IMG/VR virus record: IMGVR_UViG_3300029494_000008
Length of the DNA stretch: 44,054 nucleotides
Reading direction: 5' to 3' (one strand)
Origin: a virus
Shown here: piece after piece, positions 8,241-14,689 of the stretch
How positions within the stretch are numbered: position 1 is the first letter of the stretch
Layout: each line of letters opens with the position of its first letter
Position numbers and translations under genes: made by a program
Notes under the pieces: model-generated
Database searches by the model: none
Told to the model about the DNA's origin: nothing
What the model saw: only the letters and a program-made list of their open reading frames with translations

Positions 8241-8917
8241 TCAAGATCATCAAAGACGGGACAAGCCTGGGAATGACCGAGGCGCCCACCTACGTGCGGC
8301 AGGCGGAAAACGGGTGCTTTGTGCTGTGCCGGGAGGCGGAGGCCACGGGGATCACCCACAACGGCACCGTGTACCACCTCCTGGGCCGGGAGGCCCTGGA
8401 GGGGGCGGAGAGCGTGATCCTGGAGGCGGCGGACGCCGGCGCGGAGATCCAGGCGGCCGGAGAGAGCGCGGCCAACAACGCCAAACTGTCCGGCCAGTTG
8501 TCGGCGGCGGCCAAGTTGTACGTGCAGGCGGCCACGGACGTGCCGGACGAAACGGCGCTGGAAATGCCGGACCTGTTCAAGACCTGGGAGGAGGTCCTGG
8601 CGGCAGGCCAGAACGTGGCGCAAAATGCCATCATCAACGACGGCGGGACCCTGTACCGCGTTGTGGCGGCCGGCGGCGTCCTCCCCCAGGAACACCAGCC
8701 GCCCCACGGGGAGGGTATGCTGGCGGTGTACCGGCCCATTGACACGGCCCACGCGGGCACCCTGGAGGACCCGATCCCGTGGGTGTACGGGATGGACTGC
8801 ACCGAGGGCCTGTACTACTCCTATAACGCCACCGTGTACCTGTGCAAGGCCAATATGACGCCCTGCGTATGGGCGCCGGGAACGGCCGGCCTGTGGCAAT
8901 GGGAGGCGGTGGAGTAA
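8237..8917 (+). CDS. Hypothetical protein, possibly fibre-associated, with CBM5/12-like W...Y...W motifs.
   Basis: The ATG at 8237 overlaps the RT stop (ATGA), and SD 'ggagg' lies 9 nt upstream. Motifs include 'LFKTWEEV...GTLYRVV...' and 'YYSYNATVYLCKAN...LWQWE'. Confidence 0.6.
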   Translation: MIKIIKDGTSLGMTEAPTYVRQAENGCFVLCREAEATGITHNGTVYHLLGREALEGAESVILEAADAGAEIQAAGESAANNAKLSGQLSAAAKLYVQAATDVPDETALEMPDLFKTWEEVLAAGQNVAQNAIINDGGTLYRVVAAGGVLPQEHQPPHGEGMLAVYRPIDTAHAGTLEDPIPWVYGMDCTEGLYYSYNATVYLCKANMTPCVWAPGTAGLWQWEAVE

Positions 8918-8920
8918 GCC

Positions 8921-9325
8921 ATGGAAAAGGTCCGCTACATCGTTAAAAAGCGCATGAGAGAGGCGGGGATCTCCGGCCGCGTCAATATCCCCTATGGCAC
9001 GGCGGTGGAGGCTGTGGACGGCCTGATCATCCACCAGGGCGCGGCCGTGTGCGCCGTGACCAGCCGAAACGCCCACCTGTATTTCGCCCGGGACGACGAC
9101 GGCCAGGGGCGGGAGCGGGGCGCCCTGACGCTGGCCATCACCTCCACACTGGAAAAGCAGGACAAAGACCATCAAGCCCGCTGGGATCGGGTGTGGGAGG
9201 ATGAAACCGCCCAAAAGTACCGCAGGCAGGACCATGAAGATCATTTCCTGTGGGGCCATGCCTTTTTCGAGGCCCCGGTGGAGGACCTGCGGCACATCGC
9301 GGATCTGATCGGCGCGAGGAGGTGA
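8921..9325 (+). CDS. Hypothetical protein.
   Basis: 134-aa ORF tightly packed after the previous gene. Confidence 0.6.
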   Translation: MEKVRYIVKKRMREAGISGRVNIPYGTAVEAVDGLIIHQGAAVCAVTSRNAHLYFARDDDGQGRERGALTLAITSTLEKQDKDHQARWDRVWEDETAQKYRRQDHEDHFLWGHAFFEAPVEDLRHIADLIGARR

Positions 9326-9330
9326 CGGCC

Positions 9331-9504
9331 ATGGACAGCACAAAAGTGATCGCGGACCTGTGCGCCGTCATTGACCGCATGAACGTGATCATTCAGGCCC
9401 AGGCCATGGAACTGGCCCAGTTCGGGGCGCTGGCCCACGAGGAGGAGATCGCGGCCGTGCGGCGGCAGTACGCCAGGGCCGTCGGTGAGGGGGTGGGACC
9501 TTGA
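9331..9504 (+). CDS. Hypothetical small protein (57 aa).
   Basis: ATG at 9331 preceded by 'aggagg' (9317-9322). It is an internal start within track ORF 9250..9504. Confidence 0.5.
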   Translation: MDSTKVIADLCAVIDRMNVIIQAQAMELAQFGALAHEEEIAAVRRQYARAVGEGVGP

Positions 9505-9923
9505 ACCTGGAGGAAATTCTGCTGGGCGGCGGCGGGGTGCTACTGGTAGCCATGACGCTGATCCAGGTGGCACCGATCAAGGTAAATCCATGGTCCGCCA
9601 TCGCCAAGGCTATCGGCCGCGCCATCAATGGGGAGGTGATCGCCAAGGTGGACCAACTGGAGCGGGATCTGGAGGCCATGAAAGCGGCCCAGGAGGAGCG
9701 GGACGCGATCAGTTGCCGGTCCCGGATCCTCCACTTCGGGGACGAAACGATCCACGGGGTCCGCCACACAAAGGAGCATTTCGACCAGATCCTGCGGGAC
9801 ATTACCAGTTATGAACGATACTGCGACGACCACCCGCATTTCGAGAACAACACCACCGTGCTGACCTCCCAGCGGATCAAGGATATTTACGAGGATTGCC
9901 TGGCAAAGGCGGATTTTCTGTAA
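9501..9923 (+). CDS. Membrane-anchored coiled-coil protein, possibly lysis-associated.
   Basis: TTG start overlapping the upstream stop. It has an N-terminal hydrophobic segment 'LLGGGGVLLVAMTLIQVAPI' and lies upstream of the holin and endolysin genes. Confidence 0.5.
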   Translation: MNLEEILLGGGGVLLVAMTLIQVAPIKVNPWSAIAKAIGRAINGEVIAKVDQLERDLEAMKAAQEERDAISCRSRILHFGDETIHGVRHTKEHFDQILRDITSYERYCDDHPHFENNTTVLTSQRIKDIYEDCLAKADFL

Positions 9924-9939
9924 AAAAGGGGGCGCAGGA

Positions 9940-10335
9940 ATGAATATGCCTTTGATCGCGGCGGCCGCCATGGCCGGCGGGGCGCTGCTGGGCTTTTCCT
10001 TGTGCTGGGCCGCCACAAGGCTGGCCGGCGGAAACCACGCAGCGGCCGCACGGCTGGCCACCGCCGCAAAGAAGAAAATGGGGACCATGGACAAGGTGCT
10101 GATCCTGGAGGGCGTGATCCTGGTGGCCTATACGGCGGCGGACCTGGCCGTGTTCTGGCACACCGGGAACGAGCCTGCCACCCTGACCGCCTGCGTGTTC
10201 GGCGTGTGCGGTTTTGAAAACGGGGTCATGGGATGGATCAAGACCACAAAGGAAAAGGTGCGGGACCGGCGCTGGGAACAGGAGGACCGGGAGCGCATGA
10301 GGAAAGAAGAACAGGAGGCGCAAAACAATGGGTAA
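9940..10335 (+). CDS. Holin-like membrane protein.
   Basis: 131 aa with about three hydrophobic segments and a highly charged C-terminus. Its stop overlaps the endolysin start. Confidence 0.55.
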   Translation: MNMPLIAAAAMAGGALLGFSLCWAATRLAGGNHAAAARLATAAKKKMGTMDKVLILEGVILVAYTAADLAVFWHTGNEPATLTACVFGVCGFENGVMGWIKTTKEKVRDRRWEQEDRERMRKEEQEAQNNG

Positions 10336-11374
10336 AATGAAAGCCAATGTATTCGTGGAAAAGGCGGTGGAGATCGCCAAGAACTTCAAAACCCTGTACG
10401 TTATGGGCTGTTTCGGGGCACCGCTGACGGGTTCCAACGTGAGCCGCTACTGCAATAACCATTCATACAACCGGGCGGCAGACCGCACGGCCATGATCAA
10501 GGCGGCGGGAAACCAAAACCCGCCCGTATATGGCTTTGACTGCGTGTGCCTGATCAAGGGCATTTTGTGGGGGTGGAGCGGGAACACCTCCAAGACCTAC
10601 GGCGGAGCCAATTATGCCAGCAACGGGGTCCCGGACATAGGGGCGGACACCATGATCACCAGGTGCCTGGACGTTTCCACAACCGGATGGGCCAACATGG
10701 CCGTGGGTGAAGCGGTGTGGATGTCCGGCCATATCGGAATTTACATCGGGGACGGCCTGGCGGTGGAGTGTTCCCCAAAGTGGGAAAACAAGGTGCAGAT
10801 CACGGCCGTGGGGAACATCGGGAGCAAAGCGGGGTACAACACGCGGACCTGGACCAAACACGGAAAACTGCCCTATGTGGATTACTCCGAGAGCGGGACG
10901 ACCACCGGCGGCGGGACCGCGACAAAGCCGGACACCGGCGGCGCCACCATCTACAAGGTAGCGGCCGGGGACAACCTCTCCAAGATCGCGGCCAAGTATG
11001 GCACCACCGTGGACGCCCTGGCGGAGATCAACGCCATCCAAAACAAGAACCTGATCCGCGTGGGCCAGGTGCTTATGCTCCAGGATACACCCCAGGCGGC
11101 GGCCGACAAACTGGAGGCCCTGGGCGTGATCAACTCCCCGGACTACTGGGCGGAGGCGGCGGAGGCCGGAAAGGTCCAATACCTGGACATTCTGCTGAAA
11201 AAGGCCGCGCAGACCATCACAAAGGCCGGGGTGCGGACGGATACGCCCCAGGAGGGCGTGGCCGCGCTGGTGGCCGCCGGCGTGATCAATACGCCGGAAT
11301 ACTGGCTGGCCAACTATGGCACATTCCCCAGCCTGGACCTGCTGCTGCAGGCGCTGGGCGGGGCTGTGAAATAA
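10328..11374 (+). CDS. Endolysin: NlpC/P60-like cysteine peptidase, LysM, and two C-terminal 'GVINxP(D/E)YW' repeats.
   Basis: 'FDCVCLIKG...GHIGIYIGDG...ECS' is a Cys-His peptidase pattern. 'YKVAAGDNLSKIAAKYGTTVDALAEINAI' is a LysM motif. SD 'aggagg' lies 9 nt upstream. Confidence 0.8.
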   Translation: MGKMKANVFVEKAVEIAKNFKTLYVMGCFGAPLTGSNVSRYCNNHSYNRAADRTAMIKAAGNQNPPVYGFDCVCLIKGILWGWSGNTSKTYGGANYASNGVPDIGADTMITRCLDVSTTGWANMAVGEAVWMSGHIGIYIGDGLAVECSPKWENKVQITAVGNIGSKAGYNTRTWTKHGKLPYVDYSESGTTTGGGTATKPDTGGATIYKVAAGDNLSKIAAKYGTTVDALAEINAIQNKNLIRVGQVLMLQDTPQAAADKLEALGVINSPDYWAEAAEAGKVQYLDILLKKAAQTITKAGVRTDTPQEGVAALVAAGVINTPEYWLANYGTFPSLDLLLQALGGAVK

Positions 11375-11392
11375 TCGGAGGAGGACATACAC

Positions 11393-11731
11393 ATGGAAAA
11401 CATTATGCAGTACATTCCCCTGGCGGTGTCCGCCATCCTGCTGGCGGCCCTGATCCTGACCGTGATCACCAACATCATCACCCAGGTGGTCAAGAAAATC
11501 ACCTGGGACAAGATCCCCACCAACATTCTGGCGGTGCTGGTGGCCATGGCCGTGACCCTGCTGGCGTTCTTTGCGGTGTGCCAGATCATGGGCTGGGCCG
11601 TCACCTGGTACATGGTGGCCGGCGCGGTGGCCCTGGGCCTGTTCGTGAGTTATGCGGCCATGTTCGGCTTTGACAAACTCCGGGAGGCCCTGGAGCAGAT
11701 CACCAACTGGGGAAAAGACAAAACGGAGTAA
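11393..11731 (+). CDS. Holin-like membrane protein (3 TM).
   Basis: 112 aa with three hydrophobic helices and a charged C-terminus. It lies directly after the endolysin gene. Confidence 0.6.
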   Translation: MENIMQYIPLAVSAILLAALILTVITNIITQVVKKITWDKIPTNILAVLVAMAVTLLAFFAVCQIMGWAVTWYMVAGAVALGLFVSYAAMFGFDKLREALEQITNWGKDKTE

Positions 11732-11736
11732 AGAGG

Positions 11737-11765
11737 ACCCCCGGCACCGTGTAGGTGCCGGGGGT
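11737..11765. terminator. Hairpin terminator between convergent genes.
   Basis: 'acccccggcac' (11737-11747) pairs with 'gtgccgggggt' (11755-11765) around a 7-nt loop. It is followed by 'tcgtt'. Confidence 0.65.
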
Positions 11766-11768
11766 TCG

Positions 11769-12314
11769 TTATCGGGCAAAGAACACGCCCAAGGGGCTGC
11801 CGGAGGGGGACCGCCACCCGGCGGGGTGAATGTCCTCCAGGGCCTCCCGGGAGGTGCGGCCATCCGACCATCGGATCACCGCCATGGTGGCGGCGGGGGT
11901 CCAGCGGGTGGCCTCCCTCTCCAGGAAACCGACGATCACGCCGACCTCCTGGGGGTACATGGCGCCAAAGTTCCCGATCACGGGCTGGCCGACCATGACC
12001 AGGCCGGGGTGCGCGGAGGGCTGGGCGTCCTGGGGAATGTAGGCAGACAAGGGATCCGCCGGGGCGGCCTCCTCCACCTCCTCCTGGTCCTCCACGTATT
12101 CACAGGAGGCCCGGAACACTGGGGCCATGCTGTACCGTTCCGGGACGATATACTCACCGTTGTGGTCCGCGTAGATCTTCGCCCGGCGCTCCTGGCCATC
12201 CCGGCGGAATGTCACCGTTTTGGCTGTACGCTTGACGATCTCCACCACGAAAACACAGTTGTGATCGCAGGCGCTGGTGGCGTAATAAGATTTTCCGACT
12301 TCAAAAGTGGACAT
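11769..12314 (-). CDS. Hypothetical protein in the minus-strand accessory block.
   Basis: 181-aa ORF with a normal amino-acid composition, unlike the antisense artefacts. SD-like 'aaggggg' lies upstream on the minus strand. Confidence 0.65.
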   Translation of the reverse strand: MSTFEVGKSYYATSACDHNCVFVVEIVKRTAKTVTFRRDGQERRAKIYADHNGEYIVPERYSMAPVFRASCEYVEDQEEVEEAAPADPLSAYIPQDAQPSAHPGLVMVGQPVIGNFGAMYPQEVGVIVGFLEREATRWTPAATMAVIRWSDGRTSREALEDIHPAGWRSPSGSPLGVFFAR

Positions 12315-12441
12315 TCTGGAAACCCCCTTGATTTATTCGCCTTACTCTTGTAAAATCAGGGTGGGCCGGCGTAAGGCTGCCGGCCGCCCTGTTTGGGTTT
12401 GGTGCGCGGTTCACTTGCGAGGTGGGGCCGCGCACCGCTTT

Positions 12442-12567
12442 TTATGCCTTGACCTTGCTATCCCGCACGATCTTTGCGGCGGCCGCAGGGTCCGAGGCGG
12501 TGGCCTCAATCAGTTTTGCGATATTCTCTAAAAACTGATTGAGTTCCGCTGTGGTCATTTCGTCCAT
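12442..12567 (-). CDS. Small 41-aa ORF, the first gene downstream of the leftward switch promoter.
   Basis: Hand translation gives MDEMTTAELNQFLENIAKLIEATASDPAAAAKIVRDSKVKA*. SD-like 'gaagtgaggga' lies upstream. It is too short to appear in the ORF track. Confidence 0.4.
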   Translation of the reverse strand: MDEMTTAELNQFLENIAKLIEATASDPAAAAKIVRDSKVKA

Positions 12568-12617
12568 TCCCTCACTTCCTTTCGTAAGGGGCTGGCCGCC
12601 CCTGCCTTACGAGTATC

Positions 12618-12646
12618 ATTATATACTTGAACAAGTATATTTGCAA
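12618..12646 (-). promoter_or_regulatory. Leftward sigma70-like promoter: TTGCAA, 17-nt spacer, TATAAT on the minus strand.
   Basis: -35 at 12641-12646 and -10 at 12618-12623 (plus-strand 'attata'). The 17-nt spacer is exactly the right-hand 17 nt of operator O1. Confidence 0.6.
12621..12640. promoter_or_regulatory. Operator O1, a perfect 20-bp palindrome ATATACTTGAACAAGTATAT.
   Basis: 9-bp arms 'atatacttg' and 'caagtatat' around 'aa'. Confidence 0.65.
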
Positions 12647-12654
12647 GAGTGAAC

Positions 12655-12686
12655 CTGCACAAACTTACACAAGTATATTTGTGCAG
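12655..12686. promoter_or_regulatory. Inverted repeat 'ctgcacaaa' / 'tttgtgcag' enclosing an O1-type half-site 'caagtatat' (12670-12678).
   Basis: 9-bp arms at 12655-12663 and 12678-12686 with a 14-nt spacer. Confidence 0.45.
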
Positions 12687-12689
12687 ATT

Positions 12690-12709
12690 ATATACTTGAA
12701 CAAGTACAC
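12690..12709. promoter_or_regulatory. Operator O3, an 18/20 copy of O1 (ATATACTTGAACAAGTACAC).
   Basis: Direct comparison with 12621-12640. It overlaps the -35 box of the rightward promoter. Confidence 0.6.
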
Positions 12710-12724
12710 AAAAGGCGCTATAAT
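12696..12724 (+). promoter_or_regulatory. Rightward sigma70-like promoter: TTGAAC, 17-nt spacer, TATAAT.
   Basis: -35 at 12696-12701 and -10 at 12719-12724. It is followed by SD 'aaaggagg' and the ATG at 12746. Confidence 0.65.
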
Positions 12725-12745
12725 ACAGGAAAAGGAGGCGATCCC

Positions 12746-12949
12746 ATGGAAGGAACAAAGGGGACGGCGGCAACCAGAGCAAAAAACAAGTATGCGGCCG
12801 CGAATTATGAGAGGCTTTCCCCCTTCGTGAAGAAAGGGAAAAAACAGAGGTACAAGGACGCGGCGGCGGCTGGAGGATATAGCAGCCTGAATGAATTTAT
12901 AGAAACCGCCATGGACCGCCTGGCGGACGAAATCCTGGGGAAAGAGTAA
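12746..12949 (+). CDS. Ribbon-helix-helix (Arc/CopG-like) DNA-binding protein.
   Basis: 67 aa. The pattern '...YERLSPFVKKGKKQRYKDAAAAGGYSSLNEFIETAMDRL' has a beta strand plus two helices, as in RHH proteins. It is the first gene of the rightward operon. Confidence 0.55.
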   Translation: MEGTKGTAATRAKNKYAAANYERLSPFVKKGKKQRYKDAAAAGGYSSLNEFIETAMDRLADEILGKE

Positions 12950-13099
12950 CGGCACCACACGCGCCGGTGTAGGGGCCGCCCAAGGGCACCCCGCCGGAAT
13001 AATCATTTTTTCTTTGTTCAGACTATTACCACGGGTTTTTACCTGATCCCGTGCTAAAGTTAAGAAAAAATCTGGTTATTCCCACACGGAGGCGCGGCG

Positions 13100-13342
13100 G
13101 TGAAGAAATTTCTATATCACGGGAAAAAGAATATCTGCGGGGACCGCATACGCATGGCGAGGCTGGGGAAACGGCTATCACAAACGGACCTGGCCCGCCT
13201 CCTTCAACTGGAGGGCGTCCCGATGGAGCGGGACGTGATCAGCCGGATGGAGATGGGGGATCGCCTGGTCACGGATTATGAGGTGGTCACAATAGCGGAG
13301 GTCCTGGACGTGCCCGTGTTATGGCTGTTAGGGAAAGAATGA
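13100..13342 (+). CDS. XRE-family (Cro/CI-type) helix-turn-helix regulator.
   Basis: 80 aa. 'GDRIRMARLGKRLSQTDLARLLQLEGVPMERDVISRME' is a classic HTH_3 pattern. GTG start with 'ggagg' 7 nt upstream. Confidence 0.8.
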   Translation: MKKFLYHGKKNICGDRIRMARLGKRLSQTDLARLLQLEGVPMERDVISRMEMGDRLVTDYEVVTIAEVLDVPVLWLLGKE

Positions 13343-13345
13343 GAG

Positions 13346-13377
13346 CGGCCGGCGTGAAAATCACGCCGGCCGTTTTT
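13346..13377 (+). terminator. Rho-independent terminator: perfect 12-bp stem, 3-nt loop and T5. It doubles as a palindrome next to the transposase gene.
   Basis: 'cggccggcgtga' + 'aaa' + 'tcacgccggccg' + 'ttttt'. Confidence 0.75.
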
Positions 13378-14495
13378 CCGCGCAAAGGGGGAAAATATGA
13401 ATTACAAAGGGTATCACCATCTAAAATGGGAGGACCGCCTGAAAATCGAGGGGGCGCTGAAAACCGGGGGCAAGCCTGCGGAGATCGCGGAAATGCTGGG
13501 GGTTTGCGTCAAGACCATATACAACGAGATCAAGCGGGGCCTGTGCCTCCAGCAGAAAGAGGGATACATATTCCAGGAGGAATACTGCGCGGAGGTGGCG
13601 GAGCGGAAGTACCAGGAGCATTTAAGGGCCAAGGGGCCGGAGATCAAACTGGGCCGGGATCATGCTTTCGCCAACTTCGTGGAGCGGAAGATCATAGAAG
13701 AACACTATTCCCCCGGGGCGGTGCTGGCCTATATCGAGGCGGCCGGCCTGGAATTTGAAACCCATATCTGCGAAACAACCCTTTATTCCTACATATACCG
13801 GGGGGACGTGTTCCTGGAACTGACGGAGGAACACCTGCTGTATAAAGGGGAGCGGCGGCGGGACTACGAGCAGCGGGAGCGGGCCAAAGAGGCCCCAGGG
13901 GACACCATCGAGGACAGGCCGCCAGAGGTCCGGGCGCGGAATACGTTTGGACACTGGGAAATGGACAGCATTATGGGGCCGGTGGGATCAAAGGCGGCCC
14001 TGCTGGTGCTGACAGAGCGGCTGACGCGGTGGGGGCTGGTGATCCGGGTCCCGGACCATACAGCGGAAAGCGTGGTCCGGGCGCTGAACCGGGTGGAGCG
14101 GAGGATGGGAAAGCGGTTCCGGGAAGTGTTCCGCACCATCACCGTGGACAACGGCAGCGAGTTCATGGACTGCGCTGGCCTCCAGAGATCATACCGGCTG
14201 AAAGGCCCACGGACGAAAATATATTACTGCCACCCCTATTCCCCGCAAGAGCGCGGGAGCAACGAGAACATGAACCGGATCCTGCGGCGGTGGTTCCCAA
14301 AGGGGACCAACTTCGATCAGGTGACGGAGGCGGAGGTGGCCCAGGCGGCGGAGTGGATGAACAACTATCCGCGCCGGATCCTGGGGTGGAGATCCGCCGG
14401 GGCCGTGTTCGAGGAGTACGTAGCCGCCTGAAAATCTGAACAGCGGGAGCGGGACGGCCGGGGCCGGGTTTTGGCCGCCGGTGATTTTTCACGCC
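13351..14495 (+). mobile_element. Candidate IS30-family insertion sequence unit (~1.15 kb). The boundaries are tentative.
   Basis: 'ggcgtgaaaatcac' at 13351-13364 matches the reverse complement of 14481-14495, 'ggcgtgaaaaatcac'. These flank a single DDE transposase ORF. No clear target-site duplication was seen. Confidence 0.35.
13397..14431 (+). CDS. IS30-family DDE transposase.
   Basis: 344 aa. It has an N-terminal HTH 'PAEIAEMLGVCVKTIYNEIKRG' and a DDE triad context 'HWEMDSI', 'ITVDNGSEF' and 'RGSNENMN'. Confidence 0.9.
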   Translation: MNYKGYHHLKWEDRLKIEGALKTGGKPAEIAEMLGVCVKTIYNEIKRGLCLQQKEGYIFQEEYCAEVAERKYQEHLRAKGPEIKLGRDHAFANFVERKIIEEHYSPGAVLAYIEAAGLEFETHICETTLYSYIYRGDVFLELTEEHLLYKGERRRDYEQRERAKEAPGDTIEDRPPEVRARNTFGHWEMDSIMGPVGSKAALLVLTERLTRWGLVIRVPDHTAESVVRALNRVERRMGKRFREVFRTITVDNGSEFMDCAGLQRSYRLKGPRTKIYYCHPYSPQERGSNENMNRILRRWFPKGTNFDQVTEAEVAQAAEWMNNYPRRILGWRSAGAVFEEYVAA

Positions 14496-14522
14496 CTGGG
14501 ATCGCCGGGAACGGGAGAAAAA

Positions 14523-14548
14523 GGCCGCTCCACCATGGTGGAGCGGCC
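14523..14548. other. Perfect 26-bp palindrome 'ggccgctccacc at ggtggagcggcc'.
   Basis: 12-bp arms. An A5 run lies upstream, which reads as T5 on the minus strand, so it looks like a minus-oriented terminator or a recombination site. Confidence 0.4.
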
Positions 14549-14597
14549 CAAGTATACCACACGTCAAAAATTTTTCTTGATATTTTGTAATTTATCC

Positions 14598-14626
14598 TTG
14601 ACTTTTTCACAGGCAGACATTATCAT
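14598..14626 (+). promoter_or_regulatory. Sigma70-like promoter: TTGACT, 17-nt spacer, TATCAT.
   Basis: -35 at 14598-14603 and -10 at 14621-14626. An AT-rich UP-like tract lies upstream. It sits 64 nt before the ATG at 14690. Confidence 0.6.
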
Positions 14627-14628
14627 TA

Positions 14629-14669
14629 GGTTACACAAGGTCATTCGACCGCGTGTGACCTAATTTTTT
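14629..14669 (+). promoter_or_regulatory. Imperfect palindrome GGTTACACAAGGTC / GACCGCGTGTGACC followed by a T6 run. It could be an operator over the transcription start site or a terminator/attenuator.
   Basis: 12 of 14 positions pair, the loop is 'attc', and 'taatttttt' follows. It starts 3 nt after the -10 box. Confidence 0.4.
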
Positions 14670-14689
14670 GTCCGTTTGGAGGTGAGGAC

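Noticed and set aside
12307-12782. ORFs 12307..12531 (+) and 12555..12782 (-) in the switch region.
   Set aside because: They overlap promoters, operators and hairpins, lack SD sequences and have odd composition. A 41-aa minus-strand ORF with an SD (12442-12567) explains the region better.
12950-13010. Possible terminator after the RHH gene (GC-rich segment followed by 'cattttttc').
   Set aside because: I could not draw a convincing contiguous stem by eye, only 4-bp pairings. It needs an RNA-folding program.
13346-13377. Interpreting the 12-bp palindrome only as abutted transposon ends.
   Set aside because: With its T5 tail directly after the XRE gene stop it is also a textbook intrinsic terminator. 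Both roles are kept open rather than asserting the recombination-site reading.
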